Source: a virus
Lineage: Duplodnaviria > Caudoviricetes
DNA: 53,940 nt
Direction: 5' to 3' (one strand)
Virus record (IMG/VR): IMGVR_UViG_3300025779_000005
Span: 1-53,940 of that record
Part shown: positions 33,887 through 42,899 of the stretch, in pieces
Layout of the letters: each line of letters starts with the position of its first letter
How positions within the stretch are numbered: the stretch's first letter is position 1
Position numbers and translations under genes: made by a program
The notes under the pieces: model-generated
What the model saw: only the letters and a program-made list of their open reading frames with translations
The model's database searches: none
Told to the model about the DNA's origin: nothing

Positions 33887-34432
33887 ATGGCTAATTTCTG
33901 GGATCTATCGGACGGCGATGATATTGCTAAAACTGGCAGTCAGTTTGAAATAGGCGGGGGTAATATTGAACCCATTCCTAATGATACGACTTGCACGGCA
34001 ATTATCGATGAAGCCAAGTGGGATACAACACCTACAGGTGAGAACTTAATTTCTTTCCGGTGGTCAGTGCTTGCTCCTATCGAATACAAGAACCGTAAGG
34101 TTTTTCAAAAGCTATGGGTTTCGGACGCGGATCCTAAAGCGAAGAATGCAGACACAAAACGCGATAAGGCTAAACGTATGTTAGCTGCGGTTGATTCGAA
34201 TGCGGGCGGTAAGTTGCTATCTTCTGGCAAAATGCCTACTGACGAATCAATGTCTCTTCACCTGACAAACAAGCCCATGAACATCAAGGTTATGATGTGG
34301 AACATGGAAACTGAAAAGGGTGAAAAGATGAGCGGCAATTGGATTTCTGCGGTTTCTCCAAAGAATGGCATTGTTGCTACGATTAAGAATGTTCTATCTT
34401 CAAAGGTAGAAGACGATAACATCCCGTTCTGA
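33887..34432 (+). CDS. Single-stranded DNA-binding protein (DUF669-like)
   Basis: EPIP....A.IDEAKW...YKNRK.FQKLW; acidic tail DDNIPF; directly after sak4. Confidence 0.75.
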   Translation: MANFWDLSDGDDIAKTGSQFEIGGGNIEPIPNDTTCTAIIDEAKWDTTPTGENLISFRWSVLAPIEYKNRKVFQKLWVSDADPKAKNADTKRDKAKRMLAAVDSNAGGKLLSSGKMPTDESMSLHLTNKPMNIKVMMWNMETEKGEKMSGNWISAVSPKNGIVATIKNVLSSKVEDDNIPF

Positions 34433-34449
34433 GGGGGACGGGGTTGTGG

Positions 34450-34490
34450 AGGGGGCGGTCTTTTAATCCTTGGGGTCGCCCCCTTTTCTT
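34450..34490 (+). terminator. Intrinsic terminator after the SSB gene
   Basis: GGGGGCGGTC...GGTCGCCCCC followed by TTTTCTT. Confidence 0.65.
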
Positions 34491-34498
34491 AAATTTAA

Positions 34499-34885
34499 AT
34501 GGAGAGAAAAATGGTTAATACAGAAGCAGCGATTACGCTTAATGATTTGGTTGCGGGATATCTAAAAGAGTTTGGCCTTGGCCCAAAGGTTCGTGAAAAA
34601 GATGAACCTATAGTTAAGACTTCTGCTGAAAAACGGGGAGAGATGTTGGTTCATGCATCGTTTATTGATGAGCCAGATTATACATCTGTTATACGTGCAG
34701 CTCGCCGAACAGTGAGTGTTTTAGAAGACTTTGAGAATGAAGTTGTTACGAGCGATTTGTCAGAACAGCGTGACTGGCGTCGTAAGATAGAGCAAATTAT
34801 CTCTATCATGCATATTAGTAGAACTTACCCACAAGACGCAATTAAAAGATTGAAACGGCTACGGCCAGTTATGGAGATGGTATAA
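34499..34885 (+). CDS. Hypothetical protein
   Basis: 128-aa ORF (true start probably MVNTE), coupled to the exonuclease by TAATG. Confidence 0.65.
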   Translation: MERKMVNTEAAITLNDLVAGYLKEFGLGPKVREKDEPIVKTSAEKRGEMLVHASFIDEPDYTSVIRAARRTVSVLEDFENEVVTSDLSEQRDWRRKIEQIISIMHISRTYPQDAIKRLKRLRPVMEMV

Positions 34886-35757
34886 TGGAACAACGTTCAC
34901 CAGAATGGTTTGCGGCACGTAAAAATAGAATTACGGGTTCAGCAGTTGGGGCCATTCTTGGTCTTTCCCCCTATAGTTCACCAGACGACGTAATGCGCCG
35001 CATGGTACGAGAAAAGTTTGGTGCGCCTTCAGAATTTACGGGTAATGTTGCGACCGAGTGGGGTGTAGCCAATGAAGCTGGTGCGATTAAAGAATACGAG
35101 ATGGAAACCGGCGTCACGGTTAAGCCTGCAGGGTTCTATACACACATGCATTGGCTTGGCGCGTCCCCGGATGGTCTGGTGGGTGAGGAAGGGCTTATTG
35201 AAGTTAAATGCCCCTACAGCCTACGCCATGAGAAAAGTCCGGTCCCGTTTAAGCCGTTGGCTCTTCAAATGCATTACTACGCCCAAATCCAAATCCAGTT
35301 ATTTATAACGGGCCGTCCTTGGTGTCATTTTTATCAGTGGACGCCTGCTGAGTCGCGCAATGAGATTATTGCGTATGATGATCCTTGGATTCAGGCGAAT
35401 ATGCCAATGCTTCTCGCGTTCTATCAAAGGTTCTTGGTGGAACAAACACATCCAATGGTTGAGCGGCACTTACAGCCAAAGAAGCAAGACAATGAAAAAC
35501 CAGAGTTGCGTCAATTAGCCGCAGAATATTTCGATTTAGTTGAAGACATGAAGGCGAGTGATGAGCGCAAGAAGGAATTGCTTGAAAAGATCGTCCAAGT
35601 GGCAGGTGGGGAGCCTTGTTTTATTAACGGACATAGCCTTACCAAGATCGAACGCGAGGGTGCAATTAGCTACTCCAAGGTTGTTAAGGAGCATATCCCG
35701 CATGTTGATCTGGAACCCTATCGTGGCAAGCCAACAACGTATTGGACGTTTAAATAA
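34885..35757 (+). CDS. YqaJ / lambda-exonuclease family nuclease
   Basis: MEQRSPEWFAARK.RITGS, GASPDGLV, LIEVKCPY, YYAQIQ.Q. Confidence 0.92.
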   Translation: MEQRSPEWFAARKNRITGSAVGAILGLSPYSSPDDVMRRMVREKFGAPSEFTGNVATEWGVANEAGAIKEYEMETGVTVKPAGFYTHMHWLGASPDGLVGEEGLIEVKCPYSLRHEKSPVPFKPLALQMHYYAQIQIQLFITGRPWCHFYQWTPAESRNEIIAYDDPWIQANMPMLLAFYQRFLVEQTHPMVERHLQPKKQDNEKPELRQLAAEYFDLVEDMKASDERKKELLEKIVQVAGGEPCFINGHSLTKIEREGAISYSKVVKEHIPHVDLEPYRGKPTTYWTFK

Positions 35758-37544
35758 TGCTACGACCATATCAACAGGAGGCGCACGATCGGGTGATCCA
35801 ATGGATTACCAAGTCAAAGACGCCATGCATGATTGAAGCCGCTACGGGCGCGGGGAAGAGCCATATTATTGCGGAGATTGCGAACACTATTCACCGCATT
35901 TCCAATGGCAAACATGTGTTGTGTCTTGCGCCTTCTGCGGAGCTGGTAATTCAGAACAGTGAAAAATATGGGGCAACCGGTAATCCGTTCTCACTGTTTT
36001 CTGCCTCTGCAGGAAAGATCTCTTTGCGCCATCCGGTGGTGTTTGGTACGCCATTGACGGTCAAGAACCGGATTGAAAAGTTTGGCAGCCAGTTCGCTAT
36101 GATCGTGATTGATGAGTGTCACGGCATTACACCGACGGTTAAAGGTATTGTACATGCCATGCGGGAGCAGAACGCCAATCTTCGCGTAGTAGGAATGACG
36201 GCAACGCCGTATCGGTTCGGGAGCGGCTACATCTTTCGCCAGTGGGCGGACGGCAATCCCGTTGGTGAGAAAGAAACCAAAGATCCTTATTTTGCTTCGT
36301 GTGTACATCGTATTACGGCGAGGGAATTGATTGATCAGGGGTATCTGACAGAGCCAATCTTGGGCGCGATCAGGGCGGAGTCGTATCATACGCTTGGCAT
36401 GGAATTGAACAGCAGGGGACAGTTTGATGCGGCAGACGTTGACAGGGCGTATATCGGTCAGGGGCGCAAGACAGCGGCTATTATCGCAGACGTTGTTTCC
36501 CAAAGTAGGGACAGGCAAGGAGTAATGATCTTTGCGGCTACGGTGCAACACGCTTACGAATGCATTGAGAGCTTACCAGCGGGCTTGTCTGCGATTGTGA
36601 CCGGCGATACGCCACGCGAAGAACGTTCAAACATCATTGCCCGATTTAAGGCGCGTGAAATTAAGTACATTGTGAACGTGTCGGTGTTGACTACAGGGTT
36701 TGACGCACCGCATGTGGATGTAATTGCGATATTGAGAGCCACGGAGTCGGTTGGCCTTCTGCAGCAAATTATTGGCCGGGGTCTTCGGTTGTATGATGGC
36801 AAAGAAGATTGTCTTTTGTTGGACTACGCAGAGAACATCGAGCGACATTGCCCAGATGGGGATGTTTTTGATCCAAAAGTGAAGGTAACTGGTTTGCAGT
36901 CTGAAGGTTTGACGGTTAAGTGCCGTTGCCCAGATTGTAACAAGATCAATGAGTTTAAGGCGCGAATTAATGACGAGGGCTACAATGTCGATGATGCAGG
37001 GTATTTTTGCGATCTGAATTGGCAGCGTATCCCATCAGAATTTGGCGACATACCGGCGCACCATGGGCGTAGGTGTCAAGGATGGCTTGACGTAAAAGGT
37101 GGCGATCAAGAGCAATGCCGATACCGTTGGACACATAAAGAATGCCCACACTGCAGTGGCGAGAATGATATTGCTGCGCGGTACTGCATAGAATGTAAGG
37201 GCGAAATTGTAGACCCCAATGAAAAGCTCAGGATTGAGTTTCAAGCCATGAAGGCGGATCCTACAAGACGCCAAACAGATAGGGTGCTAGGATGGGAGAT
37301 TCGTCCAACATTAAGCCGTGCAGGGCGTCCTATGATCAAGGTAGATGTTACCACGGCGCATAGGACATTTTCTTATTGGATACCGCAGGAGCCTAACTGG
37401 GCAAAGGGTGTAGAAGAAAAAGCGCGGTATGATGAGTTGGCCGGTGAACAACCGTTAACAATAACGTATCAGAAGGATGCAAACGGCTGGTTCAAGGTCT
37501 TTGCGTATAATAGGAAACCAGATGAAATTTCCAGAGAACATTAA
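35757..37544 (+). CDS. SF2 DEAD/DEAH-box helicase (RadD/YejH-like) with C-terminal Zn ribbons
   Basis: LRPYQ, ATGAGKS, DECH, MTATP, LTTGFDAP, QIIGRGLR, CPDC/CPHC..CIEC. Confidence 0.92.
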   Translation: MLRPYQQEAHDRVIQWITKSKTPCMIEAATGAGKSHIIAEIANTIHRISNGKHVLCLAPSAELVIQNSEKYGATGNPFSLFSASAGKISLRHPVVFGTPLTVKNRIEKFGSQFAMIVIDECHGITPTVKGIVHAMREQNANLRVVGMTATPYRFGSGYIFRQWADGNPVGEKETKDPYFASCVHRITARELIDQGYLTEPILGAIRAESYHTLGMELNSRGQFDAADVDRAYIGQGRKTAAIIADVVSQSRDRQGVMIFAATVQHAYECIESLPAGLSAIVTGDTPREERSNIIARFKAREIKYIVNVSVLTTGFDAPHVDVIAILRATESVGLLQQIIGRGLRLYDGKEDCLLLDYAENIERHCPDGDVFDPKVKVTGLQSEGLTVKCRCPDCNKINEFKARINDEGYNVDDAGYFCDLNWQRIPSEFGDIPAHHGRRCQGWLDVKGGDQEQCRYRWTHKECPHCSGENDIAARYCIECKGEIVDPNEKLRIEFQAMKADPTRRQTDRVLGWEIRPTLSRAGRPMIKVDVTTAHRTFSYWIPQEPNWAKGVEEKARYDELAGEQPLTITYQKDANGWFKVFAYNRKPDEISREH

Positions 37545-37938
37545 AGTTTTTGGCGACGTAAATTTTCGCGGAACATGCGCGGAGGAATCGTTAGAGCAAA
37601 TTACGTTTTTTAATCAACTCCGCCGAACTTATCCTGATACTTGGGGCTTGATTGCTATTCACCCACGCAATGAGGGGAAAAAAGGGTTTCGGCAGGTTGT
37701 ACGTGAAAAAGCAGAGGGCATGACGCCGGGCGCGGCTGATATTATTATACCGGGTAATCCTTCTTTTGTTTGCGAGATGAAACGTCGAGATCACACGAAG
37801 TCAAAATGGCAAGATAAACAATTGGAGTATCTGTATGCAGCGCAAGAAAAAGGAGCGTTTGTCTGTATCGCGCTTGGATCCAGTGCTGCCTTTCATGCCT
37901 TTGAAAAATATTTGGCAGAACGTGACGAGACCAAGTGA
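37522..37938 (+). CDS. VRR-NUC-type nuclease (putative junction resolvase)
   Basis: E..EQ..FF, HPRNEG, K.EG...G..DII, CEMKR...S.....Q..YL. Confidence 0.8.
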   Translation: MKFPENIKVFGDVNFRGTCAEESLEQITFFNQLRRTYPDTWGLIAIHPRNEGKKGFRQVVREKAEGMTPGAADIIIPGNPSFVCEMKRRDHTKSKWQDKQLEYLYAAQEKGAFVCIALGSSAAFHAFEKYLAERDETK

Positions 37939-38152
37939 AATTATAGAAGGTGTTATGGCTGGTCGAATGGCGTTGGAAGATCAATCTCCCATGATTCAAT
38001 CGACTATATCATTGCAAATTTATCATGTGGCGCTTGATATTTTAAGTTTACCAGTTAAAGAACGATTACCTGCAATTGAAAAATTTCCAGTTTTGTTGCA
38101 ACCGCATATTAAAAAGGAAGTGAGAAGAATATGGTTACTCCGCGAGAACTAG
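37922..38152 (+). CDS. Hypothetical protein
   Basis: Probable GTG start (MTRPSEII), 76 aa, overlapping the VRR-NUC end. Confidence 0.6.
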   Translation: MTRPSEIIEGVMAGRMALEDQSPMIQSTISLQIYHVALDILSLPVKERLPAIEKFPVLLQPHIKKEVRRIWLLREN

Positions 38153-38337
38153 CAGAATTTATGGGAGCTATTTGGGCTCTAAGTATGGCAGGAATAATAT
38201 TGAATTTTGTGGTCATAGGAATGATTGAAAATGCTAAAGATAATCGTGAATTACAAAGGAAGTTTGTTGATTACATGCAACGCGAGGTTGAGTCGGCCCT
38301 ATGGAAATTCAATAAAAAGAAAGGAAAAATTGCATGA
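38131..38337 (+). CDS. Small membrane protein
   Basis: One hydrophobic helix (FMGAIWALSMAGIILNFVVIGMI). Confidence 0.55.
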   Translation: MVTPRELAEFMGAIWALSMAGIILNFVVIGMIENAKDNRELQRKFVDYMQREVESALWKFNKKKGKIA

Positions 38338-38549
38338 TCCGTATAGATCCACCATTACCACTAGACACACCAAAAGGGAAAGCAATGGCTCATTTTTTAA
38401 TAGATTATGGGGTTGAGTATCATCTTTGTTGGGTATGCTTTCAAAACGAAACGGGTGAGTGTTGGACTTGGTCAAACAAAGATGTCCGATTAGAAGCAAA
38501 TCCTACAATGGGTAGGTTAGAAAATAATTTTAAAAAAAATGACACTTAA
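38334..38549 (+). CDS. Conserved small phage protein
   Basis: PPLPLDTPKG.A.AHFLIDYG.E....WVCF...TGECWTW.N. Confidence 0.7.
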   Translation: MIRIDPPLPLDTPKGKAMAHFLIDYGVEYHLCWVCFQNETGECWTWSNKDVRLEANPTMGRLENNFKKNDT

Positions 38550-38552
38550 GGG

Positions 38553-38621
38553 TTGCAACATTAATTCAGATGTGGTTTATAGGTGTTGTCAGCGACGCGG
38601 TGTTGCTGCCCAGATGGAGAA
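38553..38621 (+). promoter_or_regulatory. Putative early promoter and leader (rightward)
   Basis: TTGCAA...TGTGGTTTATAG, leader hairpin CAGCGA-CGCGGTG-TTGCTG, then CCAGATGGAGAA. Confidence 0.5.
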
Positions 38622-38626
38622 TACAG

Positions 38627-38950
38627 ATGAACACGAACCTCACCCTTGCAGACCAGTACGCCATCCAATCTTTTGAGATCAAGGACGGTGAGAAGAATTT
38701 AAAAGACTTGAAAGATATGGTTATTGCTACTGGCACTGATCATCTTGAAGGTGACATGTACGATCTTTCCATTCATCTTCGCGCTAAGAAAGTTATTGAC
38801 GAAGAACTCTTGTTTAAGACGTACGGTGTCACCCTTAAGGGCATTGAGGCTCTTGAGACGCTTTTGAAGGCCTATAAATCCTGCACTAAAGACGATACGG
38901 AAATGACCACAGTGGTCACCGTCAAAGCCAAAATAGCACTCGCGGCGTGA
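38627..38950 (+). CDS. Hypothetical early protein (107 aa)
   Basis: Start reassigned to MNTNLTLADQY behind GGAGAA. Confidence 0.7.
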   Translation: MNTNLTLADQYAIQSFEIKDGEKNLKDLKDMVIATGTDHLEGDMYDLSIHLRAKKVIDEELLFKTYGVTLKGIEALETLLKAYKSCTKDDTEMTTVVTVKAKIALAA

Positions 38951-38960
38951 GGAGAAACCC

Positions 38961-39185
38961 ATGCGTACAATTTGGAGTATCTTAATAGAATATCCGTTAC
39001 CAAGTGGCATCAAAGTACGTAAAAACTATGTTACTTCGAACACCATGCAGATCTTGTCTATTGAACGGCATTTGAATCGGGTAAAAGGTAAAATAATTCA
39101 TCGAGTCGTAATGCCTATTATGGATTTTGATGAAATTATGGAAGACATTGACAACAACATTGAAGCACAGGAGATGTTAGTATGA
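38961..39185 (+). CDS. Hypothetical protein
   Basis: GAGGAG RBS, 74 aa. Confidence 0.65.
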   Translation: MRTIWSILIEYPLPSGIKVRKNYVTSNTMQILSIERHLNRVKGKIIHRVVMPIMDFDEIMEDIDNNIEAQEMLV

Positions 39186-39409
39186 GCAGGACACAAAGAG
39201 ATTTTCTTACAGAAGCAGGCGCAAACGAATTGGCCTATAGGGTTCGTCGCCATTGGTTAGAACAAGGCTATCATGTAGATGCAACAGTTCATAAAGCCCG
39301 TGGTTGGGGGGAAAACAGGAAAAGCACTTCTGCCGTATTTGGTGTAAAGTCAAATCTTATCAATGGTTTGCCATTGGATCATGCCCTTCATAAAAAGAAA
39401 GCATCATGA
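39182..39409 (+). CDS. Hypothetical protein
   Basis: D.LT..GA..LA.R...HW...G...V.SNL.NGLP pattern; coupled start/stop. Confidence 0.7.
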   Translation: MSRTQRDFLTEAGANELAYRVRRHWLEQGYHVDATVHKARGWGENRKSTSAVFGVKSNLINGLPLDHALHKKKAS

Positions 39410-39648
39410 AAACGATAGATATAGAAGTAGACGATATGATTGGTAATGTGTCAGTTAGGGGCATGGTTACAGTGCAATATTATAGCGCGAATAATTGGCA
39501 CATTTGCAGCATAGGAATTGATCTTTTTAAAGGAGAAGAAAAGTACGGATATGCACATATAAACCCTTTAGAAATATGGAAAAACTTGATACCAGAACTA
39601 ACTAATGAAATTGAAGATCGTGTAGTCAGCAAAATTTTGGAGCAGTAA
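39406..39648 (+). CDS. Hypothetical protein
   Basis: 80 aa, ATGA-coupled. Confidence 0.6.
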   Translation: MKTIDIEVDDMIGNVSVRGMVTVQYYSANNWHICSIGIDLFKGEEKYGYAHINPLEIWKNLIPELTNEIEDRVVSKILEQ

Positions 39649-39649
39649 A

Positions 39650-40084
39650 ATGGGAAGTTGGAAGCAAGAAGCACGTGAAAAGCAAAGCCAAATTATGAAA
39701 GCTCATCACGCAAAAAAACGTCAAGAAAAATTGGATGCATTGGCACAGCTACCTAAGCGCGGTCGAGGCCGTCCTCGTAAAGAAAAACTAGTTGTTCCTG
39801 TACCGGATCCTATGAAGTTGTTGGAGCAGGATATTATTACTTCTGTTTCTGCAATGTTTGCCACTCGTGATCGTGGATTGCATACGTACATTCGAGACGA
39901 GTTTAATCGGTTTTTGCGTTCAGAGGCGTTGTCTGATGCGTTAAATGTACGGTTAAATGAGTATGCCCAGAAGATTGCAGAGGCTGAGTTTAATCGTATG
40001 GTCAATATTATCGAGGGCCAACCTAAGCTCACTATTGGTCAGCGGTTGTCAGCAGCAGCAAAGATAATTAGGACGGGAAAATGA
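39650..40084 (+). CDS. Basic protein with AT-hook motif
   Basis: PKRGRGRPRK. Confidence 0.65.
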   Translation: MGSWKQEAREKQSQIMKAHHAKKRQEKLDALAQLPKRGRGRPRKEKLVVPVPDPMKLLEQDIITSVSAMFATRDRGLHTYIRDEFNRFLRSEALSDALNVRLNEYAQKIAEAEFNRMVNIIEGQPKLTIGQRLSAAAKIIRTGK

Positions 40085-40278
40085 CGGAGAATGAGTTTCA
40101 CGATGCCCTTCTTGCATCTGATATGCGTTTTGAATGGGCTATGACAGAATTAGGAAAGTACAGGATTGAAAATGAACGTCTTAAAGAAGAGGTTTTACAA
40201 CTTAACCGATACCTCAGAGAGATACACATTAGCGATATCCCAAGTGACTCCTATATCAAATATTACGGAGAAGATTGA
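40081..40278 (+). CDS. Small coiled-coil protein
   Basis: ENERLKEEV; ATGA-coupled. Confidence 0.6.
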   Translation: MTENEFHDALLASDMRFEWAMTELGKYRIENERLKEEVLQLNRYLREIHISDIPSDSYIKYYGED

Positions 40279-40279
40279 T

Positions 40280-40576
40280 ATGATTATTACCAAACGCCAA
40301 CGGACCCATGGGGTATATAAAGAACAGTCCGCTCTTTCTCAGGCCATTAAAGATACATTTCGCACTGGGAAAAATTGGGATGCCTTAAACGATGGTCAAC
40401 GAGAAGCCTTGGAAATGATTGCGGTCAAGATTGCCAGAACGCTTTCTGGGGATTACAATTTTCGCGATCATTGGGATGATATTGTGGGCTATGCACAATT
40501 GGGTACAGAGTCATGCGCCCTGAACATGCCAACGGTTGAGATGGATATCTTAGGAGCAACTGAGGTCCAATCGTGA
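40280..40576 (+). CDS. DUF6378-like protein
   Basis: RQRTHG.Y...EALEMI..KIAR.L.GD....DHW.DI.GYA.L. Confidence 0.75.
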   Translation: MIITKRQRTHGVYKEQSALSQAIKDTFRTGKNWDALNDGQREALEMIAVKIARTLSGDYNFRDHWDDIVGYAQLGTESCALNMPTVEMDILGATEVQS

Positions 40577-40785
40577 CAGGATACCGTGAAAAAGAAAAGA
40601 TACGTTGGTTGGGGCCGTATGCCCCTTCCGACCGCTATGCAGACGATATAACCGTTTCCGATATGGTTCGGGTTCGGAAAGAAAGGGATCGGTATAGGGA
40701 CGCTCTACAGCGTATTACCAAGGCGCAATATAACGCCGACAGTAAGGATATTGCCAATGCCGCCCTTGAACAAACAGGTGATTGA
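40573..40785 (+). CDS. Hypothetical protein
   Basis: 70 aa, GTGA-coupled; ends IANAALE. Confidence 0.6.
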   Translation: MTGYREKEKIRWLGPYAPSDRYADDITVSDMVRVRKERDRYRDALQRITKAQYNADSKDIANAALEQTGD

Positions 40786-40788
40786 TGT

Positions 40789-41049
40789 GTGTACGTAGAC
40801 GAGAATATGAAGTTCCACCAAAAGATGGGGATAAAGGAGATGTACCTACTCAAGGGACGGTCAAGAATTGACCCTCACATAAAAGAACGAGTTATAGACT
40901 CCCATGACGATTTAGAGGTTATGCGAAAAGAACTTCGTGGTATGATGCGTGATCATCCATTATGGGTGTTTTGGATAGAATTAGAGACAGTGAAAGATAT
41001 CAAGAATGACCAAGTACCAGAGAGTTTTCGTCTGCAATCCATCGTTTAA
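40789..41049 (+). CDS. Hypothetical protein (start uncertain)
   Basis: Open frame in operon orientation; a GGAG RBS precedes the internal MYLLKG. Confidence 0.5.
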   Translation: MYVDENMKFHQKMGIKEMYLLKGRSRIDPHIKERVIDSHDDLEVMRKELRGMMRDHPLWVFWIELETVKDIKNDQVPESFRLQSIV

Positions 41050-41353
41050 ATTTAACCCAGACGAATTAGCTCACTTAGCGCATGAGGTTGTTTACGTATG
41101 TGACGCGCCTATGTTTGATAACCTAGCAGGGGACGAGTATATCCCACGGTTTGAAGGGCGCGTTGCAGAACGTATGGCAGACTTTGATCCCAACAAAGAC
41201 ATTATTGCGTACTATGGCGACAGCATGATCTTTGCGATGATGGTAATGTGGATTGCTGATAAATGGGAATCGTTTGACATAGCCAGATATTCAGCAAAAA
41301 AGTCCGGCTACGTCATTCGCAACATTGAGTACGATAATTTTATTATACCGTAG
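41006..41353 (+). CDS. Hypothetical alpha/beta protein, last gene of the rightward unit
   Basis: RVFV....F.P.KD.I...GD.....M pattern; converges on the late operon end. Confidence 0.65.
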   Translation: MTKYQRVFVCNPSFKFNPDELAHLAHEVVYVCDAPMFDNLAGDEYIPRFEGRVAERMADFDPNKDIIAYYGDSMIFAMMVMWIADKWESFDIARYSAKKSGYVIRNIEYDNFIIP

Positions 41354-41540
41354 GATTATCTTCTACAGGGGCAGTCGCAGGAGCAGAAGCAGCAGCTTCT
41401 ACCTGTGGCTTTGCTTGACCATGAATAATAGTGACCAGCTCAGCAACTTCTGCATATGCGCCCGCACCAAGATGTTTTAAGATCGTGTTAATGTTGGCGA
41501 CGGTAAGTTTGAAATCAAGTTCTAGATTTTCCATAATCAT
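41343..41540 (-). CDS. Small hypothetical protein, last gene of the late operon
   Basis: L...IN.IL..LG...Y.EVA.L...I..QA.PQ pattern; AGAGGG RBS. Confidence 0.7.
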   Translation of the reverse strand: MIMENLELDFKLTVANINTILKHLGAGAYAEVAELVTIIHGQAKPQVEAAASAPATAPVEDNPTV

Positions 41541-41549
41541 AGTTCCCTC

Positions 41550-42887
41550 TTAAATGTGTCTATTGGCTACAGCTAAAGCCTTGGCAACAGTGTTGTCATC
41601 AAGGTTGAGAAGGGGCTCTGTTTCCTTGCTCTGTTCTTTTTTAATACTATCCACCATATTTATCAAGGCTTGAGCTTTTAACGAAACAGAATCAATAGTG
41701 CGCCCACCAGATGCCCTTGGCGCGGGTGAACTATCATCAACTACGGGTTCAATCGTATCAATGCTATTCATTGGTTTAGGTTGAGCTGAAGCAGGTTGGC
41801 TTTGTTTTTGCTGTTCTGCAGCGTTGCTCATGGCTTGCTCAAATGGAGATGCAACTTGTGTTGCGGTCTGAGCGGTTTTTCCTGCGACATCTGCAGCAGT
41901 GCCAACAGGAGATCCGGCTACCTGCCCCATTATATAAGCAGCTTTACCCATTGTTTTAGGTGATTGAATCGCAGCTTGACCCGCCAAAGGAATAAGATGA
42001 GCTGCAGCCATTACGGGTTGGCCAGTTGCAAGATGATAACCCGCAGATGCCAAAGCTGTTGCTGCGCCACTCCCCGCTAAAACTTGAGAAAACCCGCCAT
42101 GGGCCAAAGTATCACTTAATTGAGAACCGGCCACCGCATATGGGTGTAATGGATGCCCCGCCCATTGAGGATCAGAAACAGGTAGAAGTCCGGGCTCACC
42201 TTTTGCGTAACCATTGAAAACGTTTTTAACATCTTCAGCAGTATATCCTGCAGGAGCAACGCCTTTCCCAACATCATACGCAGTTTCATATGTTGAAACT
42301 GGAACACCGCTTTCTGCTGAAACAAAACCTTTTGCAACGTTAGAACCAAGGTTTCCAATACCTTTAACAGTTCCAACTACAGCTTTTGTAGGGTCAGTGG
42401 CATAGCTTACAGCCCTTAAAGCCTTAGATGTAAGGTTTGCTGCACGACCTACCGTACTAGCTGCTCCGAGGACTTCTGCCCCTGCACCAAGGGCGCTTGC
42501 TCCTGCGGTAAACGGAATAGAGGCAGCCGTTAGAACGGTAAACGGATCATTGTATAACGTGCGGTAAAACTCATCTTTAGAAGAAAATGGTTGGATTAGA
42601 GCATTGAATGCAGCTTGATCTTTTGGGTTTGTCGGATAACCAAGAGCGCCCTTTGCTTTGGAATATGCTCCATAGCCAACATTACCAAGGGCCGATGCTG
42701 TTTCACTCCAATTGGCAGGATTAAGAGCATGTGCAGTGCCAGCAAGATTTTGAACCGCACTAGGACCAATATTCCCCGCCACGCCGCTCCAATATTCCCT
42801 ACTTCCCATCGTTGCTGGATCCTTAGCAGAAGTCGCAGACACAGGTTCTATAGAAGTTATTTGGTTTTTAGCTTTGGGTAGGGTCAT
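41550..42887 (-). CDS. Putative internal virion / DNA-ejection protein
   Basis: Ala/Gly-rich with hydrophobic segments; C-terminal RASGGRT followed by ...LLNLDDNTVAKALAVANRHI. Confidence 0.6.
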   Translation of the reverse strand: MTLPKAKNQITSIEPVSATSAKDPATMGSREYWSGVAGNIGPSAVQNLAGTAHALNPANWSETASALGNVGYGAYSKAKGALGYPTNPKDQAAFNALIQPFSSKDEFYRTLYNDPFTVLTAASIPFTAGASALGAGAEVLGAASTVGRAANLTSKALRAVSYATDPTKAVVGTVKGIGNLGSNVAKGFVSAESGVPVSTYETAYDVGKGVAPAGYTAEDVKNVFNGYAKGEPGLLPVSDPQWAGHPLHPYAVAGSQLSDTLAHGGFSQVLAGSGAATALASAGYHLATGQPVMAAAHLIPLAGQAAIQSPKTMGKAAYIMGQVAGSPVGTAADVAGKTAQTATQVASPFEQAMSNAAEQQKQSQPASAQPKPMNSIDTIEPVVDDSSPAPRASGGRTIDSVSLKAQALINMVDSIKKEQSKETEPLLNLDDNTVAKALAVANRHI

Positions 42888-42899
42888 AACTTTTACCTG

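Noticed and set aside
41006-41353. Possible nucleotide-signal-degrading (anti-defence) alpha/beta protein
   Set aside because: Only a vague fold impression; there is no diagnostic motif I can support without a structure search.
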